Position numbers and translations under genes: made by a program
DNA from: a virus
Length of the DNA stretch: 64,000 nucleotides
Reading direction: 5' to 3' (one strand)
Virus record (IMG/VR): IMGVR_UViG_3300047560_000767
Span: 6,356 to 70,355 of that record
In this document: piece after piece, positions 1 through 9,051 of the stretch
Layout: every line of letters starts with the position of its first letter
How positions within the stretch are numbered: position 1 is the stretch's first letter
Notes under the pieces: model-generated
What the model saw: only the letters and a program-made list of their open reading frames with translations
Told to the model about the DNA's origin: nothing
The model's database searches: none

Positions 1-120
1 TGGATCTGGACTAACTTGAACAGTAATTTCGTCAGCATTTGCTTGATCCGTTGGGGAAAGGAAAAGCCACAAACCTACTAATAGGCCTAATGCTGCTAAT
101 CTTAAAGTTATTCTATAAAT
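1..120 (-). CDS. N-terminus of a secreted protein running off the window; probable non-canonical ATT start
   Basis: Frame reads IYRITLRLAALGLLVGLWLFLSPTDQANA|DEITVQVSPDP, a signal peptide with an AxA site. SD AGGAG lies 9 nt upstream of ATT and an in-frame TAG lies just upstream. Confidence 0.55.
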   Translation of the reverse strand, partial: MYRITLRLAALGLLVGLWLFLSPTDQANADEITVQVSPDP

Positions 121-158
121 GGTCTCTTTCTCCTAAGCAAACACAGTTTGCTAAGACT

Positions 159-167
159 ATTATATCA
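159..167 (-). promoter_or_regulatory. extended -10 promoter TGATATAAT
   Basis: Exact TGnTATAAT downstream of the terminator and upstream of the partial gene. Confidence 0.65.
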
Positions 168-197
168 AATTATTAGATAAAAAACTTAAAAAAAGAC

Positions 198-228
198 AAA
201 AAGAAAGGGAGCCAGTTTCCTGACTCCC
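198..228 (-). terminator. intrinsic terminator
   Basis: GGGAGTCAG-GAAA-CTGGCTCCC followed by TTTCTTTTT, just after the 247..1290 stop. Confidence 0.85.
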
Positions 229-246
229 AAACTTTTTAAGTTTTAA

Positions 247-1290
247 TTACTTAAGTGTTGCAACCTTAGCCTTTGGATGTGCCTTGTTCCACTTAGTAGC
301 AAGTGCATTGAAAGCATCCTTTACAGCCTTAAGTGCTGCAGCATTATCTGCGTTAGCCTTAGCAAGTGCAGCATTTGCAGTAGCAAGGTCTGCAGCAGCC
401 TTTGTTGCAGCAGTTGCTGCATCTGCCTTTACCTTAGCAAGTTCTGCGTTTGCTGCAGCAAGTTGTGCTGAAACAGTAGCAAGTTCTGTGTTCTTTGCAG
501 AAAGTTCTCCAGCAAGATCACGAACAGTTGCTGTCTTAACAATAACACCTAGTGGTGCAGCAAGACCAGTTACAGCAGTAGCAACTGTTGCAGTAGCAAC
601 AAATGTTACAGAACCAGAAGCAGGAAGTGTTACATCCTGTGTCTTTGTACCAAGAGTTGCAGTTGCAGTATCAGTTGTTAGAGAGTAAGTTGTTGATGCA
701 GATGGTGTAATGTACTGGAGGCTAATTGATGCTCCACCCTTTACGTTACCAAATACGTCATAACCAGTTACCTTTGGTGAAACAACAGTTCCTGCAGCAC
801 CAGATGTTGGAGCGTCAAGGGCGATTGTGTTAAGTGCACCAGCAGTACCATTAAAGTAATAAGTTGTAGTATTTCCACCAATTGTAACTGCTACAGTACC
901 CTGTGCAGTTGTAGTAGTAAATACATAGAAGTCAGCAGTTGTACCTGTTCCAGTGCTAACTGATGCTGAAGATGTTCCAGCAGAAGCAGTTACTGGTGCA
1001 GAAACAGTAGCAAGTGCAGTTACGATCTTACCGTTAGTAACAACAGCAGAAACAGTTGTACCAGTATCAAGACCAGTTACTGCAATGCGAAGAGCATCAG
1101 CAGAATCTACAGAGTTGTCTGCAGGAACTGGCAATGCGATTGAAGATGCTAGTGTAGTACCAGCAGTAGCAGGTGCCGAACCGCCTACAGTTAGTGTAGA
1201 AGCGACTGCAGCACTTGCAGGTGATGCAACAAGTGTGCCCAGGGTAATGGCTGCAACCATACCAAGAGCGATTTTCTTAAATGAATTCAT
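247..1290 (-). CDS. secreted Thr/Ala-rich surface (S-layer/Ig-like) protein with C-terminal coiled coil
   Basis: Signal peptide MNSFKKIALG...ASPASA; beta-rich T/A/V core; Ala/Lys heptad tail. Confidence 0.65.
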   Translation of the reverse strand: MNSFKKIALGMVAAITLGTLVASPASAAVASTLTVGGSAPATAGTTLASSIALPVPADNSVDSADALRIAVTGLDTGTTVSAVVTNGKIVTALATVSAPVTASAGTSSASVSTGTGTTADFYVFTTTTAQGTVAVTIGGNTTTYYFNGTAGALNTIALDAPTSGAAGTVVSPKVTGYDVFGNVKGGASISLQYITPSASTTYSLTTDTATATLGTKTQDVTLPASGSVTFVATATVATAVTGLAAPLGVIVKTATVRDLAGELSAKNTELATVSAQLAAANAELAKVKADAATAATKAAADLATANAALAKANADNAAALKAVKDAFNALATKWNKAHPKAKVATLK

Positions 1291-1305
1291 TCATTCCTCT
1301 TTTCG

Positions 1306-3087
1306 TTATATTAGATTAAATCTATCCAAATAATCTCGTACTTCATCTGGCATAGGTTTATATTGTATCACATTAGCCTTGGCCTTGTCAAATTCAGACT
1401 CTTTTGGCCTATCTCTAAATGTGTGAACCTCAATCTCAAGGTTCAAATCTCGTGGGGTATGGCTGATGGCACCAAAAATAGCACCGCAAACAGCATCGGC
1501 AAGGTCCTTAGATTTTTTACGTGGGTGGTCTACCTTCTTGCCATTATCTGTAATTTTAAGTTCTGTTAATTCTTCAAACAATAATTCAATTGCTGGTATT
1601 GCAAGTCTTTCTTCATATACTAGCATAGCCATGTCCTCATAGTGCTTCTTGGCAACAGATACGGTTTCAGTTCTCATACCCACCTGATTAAGTTCATTTT
1701 GGATATCAAATGACTGCCAACGGTCAAACGAAACCATTCCAATATTAAATCCTTGTCTACGCAGATTTTGAATCCACTGTTTAACTTCAGATAGATTTAC
1801 AGGGCCTTCAGTTCTTGGTTCCCACCAAGCAACAGCATCTACAACTACGATAGGTGCAATTTGCTGATAATCTTTGATAACCTGAACATTTACCCACTTA
1901 TCTACGTGAGCAATTGCAACGGCACACTTGTCATGCTTCTGTGCAAGGTCAGCATGAACATAGTAAATTTTGTCTGGATCTGGAGTAAATGATTCATCAA
2001 ATCGTTTAAAGTTATCAATAGGATTTCTAACTGTCATGCAGGCACGTACTTTTTCTTGCTGCTTAAAGAATGCATCGCTAGAAAATGTAGGAATACATAC
2101 AAAACGCATAAGGGCATCACCCATATCAGTTAGGAATGCAATCTTAAAATCATCAATCTTTCTTGTTGGATTAACTACCCATGTTGGTCTCTTTAGTGCA
2201 AACACTCCTGGATACTTGTATGTTTTTATGTGGTCTTCTTGCCACTCAATAGTAAAGGTATTATCCTTATCTGTTTCTGGTAGTAAAGGGTTAATAACAA
2301 AGGTATGTGTTTTATCAACAACATCTTTTTCAACAACTACCTCGTCATATCTACGTGAAATAAAGTCTCCTTGATATCTTGGGAATGATAGCAGTGCTAC
2401 CTTTCCTAAATCTGGGAAACGGGAGTCAACAGATGCACGGAATGCCTTATAGATATTGTCAGCAGTCTTACCTTGATCATTTCCAGTTCCAATCTCAGTA
2501 GCAAAACCAGAAATTTCATCAAGTACTGCAAGGATAAGGTTAAGTCCCTCATGAGATTCACGTTCTGAGTGACCAGAATATACTGTTACAGCGTGATCAA
2601 ATTCAATACTTTCAGCCTTTGCATTAAACTTTCCAGCAAACCATGGAGACTTTTCAATCTTTGTTTTAAAGCCTTTAAAGAAAACGTTCTTAGCCTGCTG
2701 GGCGTTAATAGCAACGTTAATAATATCAATAGCGTCTCCTGGTGGCTTTCCAAAATAACGAGCAGGCTCTTTAAGACATAACAGTTTATATACAATGTAA
2801 GCACATGCTACTGTGGAAGTGAAGTCTTTTCCAGACCCCTTGCCAAGTTGTAGGATAACTTCATTCTTTGTATATTTATTATAGTATTGTCGTCCCTCAG
2901 TTTCACCCATTAACTCAATAACATCTTCTAGTTTATAAATTTGAGACATAGCCTCAACGATGTCATATTGAATAGGTGATAGCGGTGGCTGACCCAAATA
3001 GTCTTCACCCTCAACAAATGTCTTAGCATCTACTGGTCGTTCAGCAAATATATCAGACTTAAGGGCTTCTAAGAAATCATCGAACAC
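1306..3087 (-). CDS. terL: terminase large subunit
   Basis: Walker A LGKGSGKD, Walker B AVLDE, nuclease motifs HADLA and DHP...KDLADA. Confidence 0.92.
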   Translation of the reverse strand: MFDDFLEALKSDIFAERPVDAKTFVEGEDYLGQPPLSPIQYDIVEAMSQIYKLEDVIELMGETEGRQYYNKYTKNEVILQLGKGSGKDFTSTVACAYIVYKLLCLKEPARYFGKPPGDAIDIINVAINAQQAKNVFFKGFKTKIEKSPWFAGKFNAKAESIEFDHAVTVYSGHSERESHEGLNLILAVLDEISGFATEIGTGNDQGKTADNIYKAFRASVDSRFPDLGKVALLSFPRYQGDFISRRYDEVVVEKDVVDKTHTFVINPLLPETDKDNTFTIEWQEDHIKTYKYPGVFALKRPTWVVNPTRKIDDFKIAFLTDMGDALMRFVCIPTFSSDAFFKQQEKVRACMTVRNPIDNFKRFDESFTPDPDKIYYVHADLAQKHDKCAVAIAHVDKWVNVQVIKDYQQIAPIVVVDAVAWWEPRTEGPVNLSEVKQWIQNLRRQGFNIGMVSFDRWQSFDIQNELNQVGMRTETVSVAKKHYEDMAMLVYEERLAIPAIELLFEELTELKITDNGKKVDHPRKKSKDLADAVCGAIFGAISHTPRDLNLEIEVHTFRDRPKESEFDKAKANVIQYKPMPDEVRDYLDRFNLI

Positions 3088-3613
3088 TGTGAACTACCGT
3101 TACAACTTCTGTTTGTTTTGCAGCAAGAGAAAGTCTACGCATAATGTCATCACGAATCTCTGGATATTCAGATGCAACATCTTTAAGAATTCCGACAAGA
3201 ATTTCTTGCCTTCTTTCAATCTCAACCATTTCTTCTGCAAGTTCTTTGTTTTCTAACAATCCTGCTTTTTGCAGCATATCAATACGCTTAGACTCAATGT
3301 CCATTACAAGTTTAATTGCGGTAGTTTTTGCACTGAGATTATTGGTTAAGGTTGCTTCCTCAATAACTTCGTATGACTGAGAGATAAGTTTATTATAGTG
3401 GGCATCTGCTGAAGCCAGTGCTTCTTTTGCTCTTGCACGAATAGCATCATTTGCAGAAGCCATTACCTTCCACTCATTAATTAAGGAGACTACACGTTGT
3501 CGTGGAATCGCTAGGTCTTTAGAAATCTTGGTTGGATCACTACCTTTTAGGTAATGCTCAACAACACGATTGACCTCGTCTAAATGTTCTACAATGTCAT
3601 CTTCTGCTGACAC
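3077..3613 (-). CDS. probable terminase small subunit (N-terminal HTH plus helical domain)
   Basis: HTH-like PTKISKDLAIPRQRV; overlaps the terL start. Confidence 0.6.
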   Translation of the reverse strand: MSAEDDIVEHLDEVNRVVEHYLKGSDPTKISKDLAIPRQRVVSLINEWKVMASANDAIRARAKEALASADAHYNKLISQSYEVIEEATLTNNLSAKTTAIKLVMDIESKRIDMLQKAGLLENKELAEEMVEIERRQEILVGILKDVASEYPEIRDDIMRRLSLAAKQTEVVTVVHSVR

Positions 3614-3878
3614 GTTTCCTCCTCGTTGGAATTCTCTTTACTCTGCTCATTGTAAAAGATCTAAATCTAGAGACTATACCTTTTTCAAGTTCAAAGCAAT
3701 CAATCCAAGTGTTTCCAGTTCTTGGATCAGTTACCACGGAATCAAATTTAAATTTGACACCATGCTCACCATCTATCTTAATTATATCACCTCTGGATAT
3801 TGTAAAGTTCCCAATATCAAAGGAATATACTCTGGTAAATGGACTAGTGCTGGCTGGCACCGCTTTCTTCCTGCCCAT
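3597..3878 (-). CDS. hypothetical protein (SH3-like beta barrel)
   Basis: Coupled ORF; GDIIKI...FKF...WIDC pattern. Confidence 0.55.
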   Translation of the reverse strand: MGRKKAVPASTSPFTRVYSFDIGNFTISRGDIIKIDGEHGVKFKFDSVVTDPRTGNTWIDCFELEKGIVSRFRSFTMSRVKRIPTRRKRVSRR

Positions 3879-4110
3879 GCTGTCCTTCTAAACGATTAAT
3901 TTCATCCTGAATATAAAAAATAGCCTTTTGCAAATCTTCAATATGCTTCATATCATCCTTAAGACCTGCACGCCATAAGTACTTAAAGGCATTTCCTATA
4001 TTAAAATTTCTATGCCGTGTAATTTGAATACACTCAACCCCAGACGGATCTGATGTATAGTGGGTTGGATGGTTGACTTGATCTACCTTAATGTTAAATT
4101 TATCTGTCAT
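3844..4110 (-). CDS. DUF3310-family protein
   Basis: VNHPTHY...ECI...FNIGNAFKYLWRAGLK...EDLQKA signature. Confidence 0.85.
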   Translation of the reverse strand: MTDKFNIKVDQVNHPTHYTSDPSGVECIQITRHRNFNIGNAFKYLWRAGLKDDMKHIEDLQKAIFYIQDEINRLEGQHGQEESGASQH

Positions 4111-4262
4111 CGTTTACTCTTTCTTAATCCAAATTTTGCAAGGTATACGTATATTGTTTCAACGCTAGTTCCACATTCTTTTGCAATATCTTGTGGTGAC
4201 TTTTTATCCATAAGAAATCTCTTACGAAGCCAAGCCTCACTTGTATATAGTTTAGCAGCCAT
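4107..4262 (-). CDS. small HTH DNA-binding protein (start reassigned to MAAKLY)
   Basis: KSPQDIAKECGTSVETIYVYLAKFG HTH; the shorter start removes the overlap with the upstream gene. Confidence 0.7.
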   Translation of the reverse strand: MAAKLYTSEAWLRKRFLMDKKSPQDIAKECGTSVETIYVYLAKFGLRKSKR

Positions 4263-4266
4263 AGTA

Positions 4267-4839
4267 TTACTTGTCAACTCCAACTGCTTTATCCCAATTA
4301 TGAATTGCCCAATGCCCAATACCACATGCATCTGCAACATCATTATCTAAAACTTTTTTATCATATATCACATCTATAAGTCTCATGGTACGTTCTTTTC
4401 TAAAGTTACGCTCATAAGATTTATACCAAGAAACAGATTTACCAGGATGTTTAGCCCTGATAGCCAACTGTTCATCTTTGGTTAACTTCTTATTACCTAT
4501 GTAATTTTGCCATGTAATAGGTGATACTTTTCCTATTACCTTTGTACCCGCTTGACCTGCTGCTCCCAGGATTGCTCCCTGAACCAAAGCAAGATCTGCA
4601 GCAGTTTTGGGGCTATTCATAAACACAGTGTGCTCAATAATAATAGCCTCAAAACCACCATAGAAATCTAAAAATGCCTTAACTTTTTTACCAGCATCCA
4701 TAACTTTTTCATAAACATCATTTCCTTCAAAGTTAATCTTGCCCACTGTTCCAAGATTATCTCCAGCAAATAAAGCAAATGCAAGACTATTAGTGCTTGC
4801 ATCTATAGCACAAATTGTATGTGGTTTATTATTTGTCAT
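4267..4839 (-). CDS. ruvC: RuvC-like Holliday junction resolvase
   Basis: AIDAS, IIIE and DVADACGI acidic RNase H-fold motifs. Confidence 0.8.
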   Translation of the reverse strand: MTNNKPHTICAIDASTNSLAFALFAGDNLGTVGKINFEGNDVYEKVMDAGKKVKAFLDFYGGFEAIIIEHTVFMNSPKTAADLALVQGAILGAAGQAGTKVIGKVSPITWQNYIGNKKLTKDEQLAIRAKHPGKSVSWYKSYERNFRKERTMRLIDVIYDKKVLDNDVADACGIGHWAIHNWDKAVGVDK

Positions 4840-5116
4840 TGGATAACCTACGGATATCTTTTAATGCTTTAGTAACTTCTGCTGGTATTATAGAGCACTT
4901 ATTACATAAGACATCATCATTATAAATTGATAGTTGTTCACCACAAGATTTGCATAGCCTAACTTTGCCTTTACGCTTTTGACGTTTTGTTTGGTTATAG
5001 CGTAATGCAATTTTTTCTTTTGTGGCAGCAATTCTGCATTCCTCTCCGCAATATATCTGATAGGATACGTCTGGTTTAAATTCAGTATCGCACCAACTAC
5101 AATTTTTCATTCTCAA
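4829..5116 (-). CDS. zinc-finger protein
   Basis: CxxC...YCxxxC...CxxC...CxxC. Confidence 0.65.
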   Translation of the reverse strand: MRMKNCSWCDTEFKPDVSYQIYCGEECRIAATKEKIALRYNQTKRQKRKGKVRLCKSCGEQLSIYNDDVLCNKCSIIPAEVTKALKDIRRLSNDK

Positions 5117-5945
5117 GCAACTCCAGAGGTTTAATTTTAATTACCCCTGTCTCTGCTTCTGCACAGGCTGCCTGAATTGGACAAGACTTACAAATCTTTG
5201 AATTAGATCTGTATGTCTTTTGAGGAAGAGTTCTGTCTTCCCATGCTTTACGCACTTCTCTCATCCAATCAAATGCCTGGTCTACCCACCGACGGTAATG
5301 ATCGTTTACTGCAACAGGAAGGATTAGCAACTCATGATTATTCTTATTCTCATAAATTAGTGCACCCTTATCCCGCTTTAGGATTTTCATATACATAAGC
5401 AACTGCATCAAGTGACCAGTTTTTGGTTGCTTGCTTGCTTTCTTATACTCAAATCCTTCACTTGGCATTGTCTTAATTTCTCCGACAATGACATCTCCAT
5501 TGTATTCAAGCATAGCATCGCCATATCCAGAAATTGGAGGATCTTCATTCTTAATTCTAAACTCTAGTGCAGGATGCTTTTGCTTCTTATACTTGCTAGG
5601 TTCTGGATCAAACTCCATACCTTCATAAAGCAATCCGCCATCAAGAATAGCATCTTGAATTCTATCGTGACTTAATGTTCCACTAGTTCTATTAGCAACG
5701 CCATAGGCATCTGCATTATCATGATAAATAGCACCATCAAATGCCAGGTACCAATACCGTGCACATTCTCCAGCACCATAGGTTAAAGTAGATGGTGCAA
5801 ATGTAGTTTTCTTTGAAAACTTTGGTTTTAACTTAGATGTATATCCTGCTTGAATTGCTTCTGCAAGACCATCTGTAAAGTTTAGTTCTTTAGATTCGGG
5901 CTTTGTTTCACGAATCATAACTTGCTTTAATAAATTTTTTGCCAT
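5097..5945 (-). CDS. Cas4-like PD-(D/E)XK exonuclease
   Basis: N-terminal C (ECAR), GTLSH, GYGD...EIKT, QLxxY, C-terminal CxxCPxxxxC. Confidence 0.85.
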   Translation of the reverse strand: MAKNLLKQVMIRETKPESKELNFTDGLAEAIQAGYTSKLKPKFSKKTTFAPSTLTYGAGECARYWYLAFDGAIYHDNADAYGVANRTSGTLSHDRIQDAILDGGLLYEGMEFDPEPSKYKKQKHPALEFRIKNEDPPISGYGDAMLEYNGDVIVGEIKTMPSEGFEYKKASKQPKTGHLMQLLMYMKILKRDKGALIYENKNNHELLILPVAVNDHYRRWVDQAFDWMREVRKAWEDRTLPQKTYRSNSKICKSCPIQAACAEAETGVIKIKPLELLENEKL

Positions 5946-5951
5946 AATGTT

Positions 5952-6251
5952 TTATCGGGTTATATACTTAAGTGCAGAAACCAAGTTGTTAATTGACTCT
6001 GCTGCCGTAAAGTATAAATTCTTTTTAGCCCTATCTCCCTTATCTACGTTAGCCATCCAAGTTGCTTTAAAAGACATCTTTGCAGCAATAGCCTGAAGGC
6101 GTACTATTTCAATTGTTGCGACATTCAAAGGAATGTCTGGTTTAATAATAATCTTGGCAATAAAACTTAGTGCCGTTGTCAACTCTTCATCTTGCATATA
6201 GTCTGCAATTTCTGCTAAACCATTTACCATATCTAAAGTTGTTTCTGTCAT
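5952..6251 (-). CDS. hypothetical helical protein
   Basis: ORF in operon context. Confidence 0.6.
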   Translation of the reverse strand: MTETTLDMVNGLAEIADYMQDEELTTALSFIAKIIIKPDIPLNVATIEIVRLQAIAAKMSFKATWMANVDKGDRAKKNLYFTAAESINNLVSALKYITR

Positions 6252-6844
6252 TTATCTAGTTCTACCGCTTCTCTTGAAATACCAACAATATCGTTCCAGT
6301 ATTTTTCTTTTTCAATCATATGTTGCTTCCATTCATCTGATACTTCAACATCTTTTTGCAAATGACAGAAGAACATATCTAAGAATTCTCCATCTTCTAA
6401 AACCTTATCTTCACGCCAGTGAATCTGATCAGTTCCAGAAAAGATTAATCCTTGATTATCCTCAAGAGTAAAAGACTTACCCTCAACAACAATTGGCCAT
6501 ACAGTATTTGATTCAATCTGTATGTCTAGTGTTAATTTATGACACTTAAAAGCATCATCATAGTGCGGATATAGTTTTGGCTGATATCCATATTCGTTTG
6601 AATATCTAGCAAACTGAAACTCATTTAAGTACCAGTCGCTACCAAATCTATCCTGGACAATCTTCTGTAGGTGCAATCTTAGGCTTTCATCAAACTGAGC
6701 AAACCATGCCCTATGACCCAACCTAGTTTGTACGGTACCCTTGTCCTCTGGTGTTGACTTAATTACACCATATATATATTCAATTTGTTCTTGTGAAAAA
6801 ATATTATCAATAATAATATTCTCTATTTGTGGCATATTTTCCAT
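6248..6844 (-). CDS. 2OG-Fe(II) oxygenase-like protein (likely leaderless start MENMP)
   Basis: FARY...LYPHYD (HxD), WPI, IHWRE distal His; TATAAT 6 nt upstream of the ATG at 6844. Confidence 0.75.
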   Translation of the reverse strand: MENMPQIENIIIDNIFSQEQIEYIYGVIKSTPEDKGTVQTRLGHRAWFAQFDESLRLHLQKIVQDRFGSDWYLNEFQFARYSNEYGYQPKLYPHYDDAFKCHKLTLDIQIESNTVWPIVVEGKSFTLEDNQGLIFSGTDQIHWREDKVLEDGEFLDMFFCHLQKDVEVSDEWKQHMIEKEKYWNDIVGISREAVELDK

Positions 6845-6851
6845 TATTCTA

Positions 6852-7136
6852 TTATACACCATCTACCATTTGTTGCAATAGTTCTAACTCAATAATTGCT
6901 AAACGAGTCTTCTTATTTCCTTCTCCAAGAACAACAAAGATAGCAGGATCATTGCCATTTCGAATAGCGTCAGTAACAGCCTTTGCCCAGTTATCCTGAT
7001 TTACTGTAAACCCTTTTGGATATTCCTTAAAGTCAACAGTAAAGTTTTGCCAAGTAGCGTCACCCTTTTTGGTATTTCTACCAGAGTTTTTGTGCTGTTT
7101 AGCACTAATACGCTTACTCTCGCTCTTCTCGCTCAT
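6852..7136 (-). CDS. small PD-(D/E)XK nuclease / resolvase-like protein
   Basis: SE...NSG...KGD...VDFKE pattern. Confidence 0.6.
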   Translation of the reverse strand: MSEKSESKRISAKQHKNSGRNTKKGDATWQNFTVDFKEYPKGFTVNQDNWAKAVTDAIRNGNDPAIFVVLGEGNKKTRLAIIELELLQQMVDGV

Positions 7137-7299
7137 AATCCTCTTTTGTCTTTTTCTTATACAAGATTGTTTCGTTTAAATGTTTTTGTCTACACATCCA
7201 AGATACCTGAGTTGTAGCAGAGTAAAATCTCATTGTGTTAACAATTTCTCCACAAGTTCTGCAGGGAAATTTTCCTTCTACAATAGAATACTTACTCAC
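7114..7299 (-). CDS. zinc-ribbon protein
   Basis: CRTC...WMCxxxH. Confidence 0.6.
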   Translation of the reverse strand: MSKYSIVEGKFPCRTCGEIVNTMRFYSATTQVSWMCRQKHLNETILYKKKTKEDYEREERE

Positions 7300-8305
7300 T
7301 CAGTTTCTTCCTAATGCTGTCTTGCAAATCAAGATCTTCTCGGACACGATTAACAAATGCCTCTCTGCCTTGAACCTTTGTACCATCTGGAAGCAGATAC
7401 CAGGCTCCTGTGCGTTCTACGATGCCAACCAATTCAGCAGTGTCAACCAAATCACCGATAGAATCAATGCCCACAGAATCGCCTCTAAAATAGAAATCAT
7501 ATTCACCAGACTGAAAAGCAGGAGAAGTTTTTGAAAACTGGAGTTCCCATCTAACCTTTCTACCAACCTTTTCTTCAATAATCTTGTCATTAACATGAAT
7601 TTTTCCCTTTATCGCTTGGTTATCTGATTCTGACGAAAATAGTTTAATAACCGTAGAGGAATAAAACTTAGTAGCCTGACCACCTGTAGGCTGCTGGCTA
7701 GTATACATAGCACTAATATTATTGCGAGACTGGCTAATAAGGACAAGGAGAGTAGGCTTAACTTTATTATTAGCATAGTTAAGCATCTTCCAAGCGTTAC
7801 TAAAGTCTCTAGATTCCGCTCCAATTTGCTTGGTATTTTCAAGTGCCTTGAGTTCATCAGAATCCTTTTCAAAATAGATTGCTGGTAGCAATGAAGTAAT
7901 TGAGTCAACTACAATTAGATCAACGCCAGCCTCCATCAATTGTACACCAACATCAACCATCTCATTGATAGTACGTGCCTGTGATACGATAAGTTTTGAA
8001 GTATCAACGCCTAGGCGTTCTGCCCAAGACTTGTCGTATGACATCTCAGCATCAATCCATGCACAGATTTTATCTTCCTTCTGTGCTTCTGCAATCATCT
8101 GCAAGCAAAGTGATGACTTGGCAGAAGACTTGGATCCCCAAATTAAAACCTGACGACCATATGGCAAACCACCGTTTAAGGCTCTATTGAGACCAAAACT
8201 GGGCGTTGCTGCATATTCTGTAGCAGGAACTGAGTCTCCAACTAAAATGCTTTTTCTTAACTTAGGATTAAGTTGTGCAAGAACATCCTCAACAGTTACA
8301 GCCAT
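7292..8305 (-). CDS. recA: RecA-like recombinase
   Basis: GGLPYGR, IDAE, IVVDS, GGQATKFYSS, GAWY motifs; atypical Walker A GSKSSAKS. Confidence 0.92.
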   Translation of the reverse strand: MAVTVEDVLAQLNPKLRKSILVGDSVPATEYAATPSFGLNRALNGGLPYGRQVLIWGSKSSAKSSLCLQMIAEAQKEDKICAWIDAEMSYDKSWAERLGVDTSKLIVSQARTINEMVDVGVQLMEAGVDLIVVDSITSLLPAIYFEKDSDELKALENTKQIGAESRDFSNAWKMLNYANNKVKPTLLVLISQSRNNISAMYTSQQPTGGQATKFYSSTVIKLFSSESDNQAIKGKIHVNDKIIEEKVGRKVRWELQFSKTSPAFQSGEYDFYFRGDSVGIDSIGDLVDTAELVGIVERTGAWYLLPDGTKVQGREAFVNRVREDLDLQDSIRKKLSE

Positions 8306-8538
8306 TACTCATTCTCCGCAACTAATGCTTTAAGTTCTTCAAGTTTGAAGCCAGACCAAATCTTATCTTCAGTTTGTACAATTGGGGCTGATCTAAATCC
8401 CATATCCAAAAACTTTCTAGTTTCTTCTGGATTATCCATAAGACTCAAAGTTTCATACTCAAGATTGTTATCGTCTAAAAACTTTTTGGTTCTTTCGCAT
8501 TGAACACAGTTTTCATTTGTGTAGACTTTAATTGTCAT
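8305..8538 (-). CDS. nrdH: NrdH-like glutaredoxin
   Basis: YT..NCVQC, GFRSAP, WSGF. Confidence 0.9.
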   Translation of the reverse strand: MTIKVYTNENCVQCERTKKFLDDNNLEYETLSLMDNPEETRKFLDMGFRSAPIVQTEDKIWSGFKLEELKALVAENE

Positions 8539-8734
8539 TTATTTCTCCTCTTGCTATTGCAGCATCTTCTTCATGTGTACAATCATTATAGCAGCATGGC
8601 GAAGTATTGTCTTCTGGCGTATGCCAATTAAGAATTTTTTCTGCTATATCTGCTCTTAGTTTTCGTACTGCTTTATGAGTGCCGTTGCACTCTCCAGACT
8701 TATCTGTTGTAAAACCACAAGTACATTGTCCCAT
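8528..8734 (-). CDS. CDGSH-like iron-sulfur protein
   Basis: CTCGFT....ECNGTH matches a CxC..T...CDG[ST]H variant. Confidence 0.6.
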   Translation of the reverse strand: MGQCTCGFTTDKSGECNGTHKAVRKLRADIAEKILNWHTPEDNTSPCCYNDCTHEEDAAIARGEINDN

Positions 8735-9051
8735 TAGAAGCGGACTCCATGCTTTTCTGGACGAGTCTTATTAAACTGAGTCTTCTGATCCATTGCATAA
8801 TCAAGCGATACCTTTGTATAACCTTCTTTTGCTAAACCTGCATATAAATCCAAAGTTCTAATAATGATGTCTGCAGTTTCAAGAGCAATTTCATCTTCAC
8901 CCTTGTCCTTGCGAATTGCTTCCATCAACTCTGTAACTTCTGATACAATCATCATACATTGCTTTGCAATGAAAATGTCATCAACATCTTCAGGCCAAAA
9001 CCCTTTTGATACCGCTGTCTCGTGTAACTGTTCTGCTAAATCATCAAGCAT
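8734..9051 (-). CDS. MazG-like nucleotide pyrophosphohydrolase
   Basis: SEVTELMEA...ETADIIIR...NxxRP..HG. Confidence 0.85.
   Translation of the reverse strand: MLDDLAEQLHETAVSKGFWPEDVDDIFIAKQCMMIVSEVTELMEAIRKDKGEDEIALETADIIIRTLDLYAGLAKEGYTKVSLDYAMDQKTQFNKTRPEKHGVRF

Noticed and set aside
277-1333. Plus-strand ORFs 277..471, 284..688 and 953..1333
   Set aside because: Antisense shadows of the Ala/Thr-rich gene; no SD or recognisable domain
5097-5945. Cas4-like gene as evidence of CRISPR-Cas
   Set aside because: No array or other cas genes; solo Cas4-like nucleases are common in phage recombination modules
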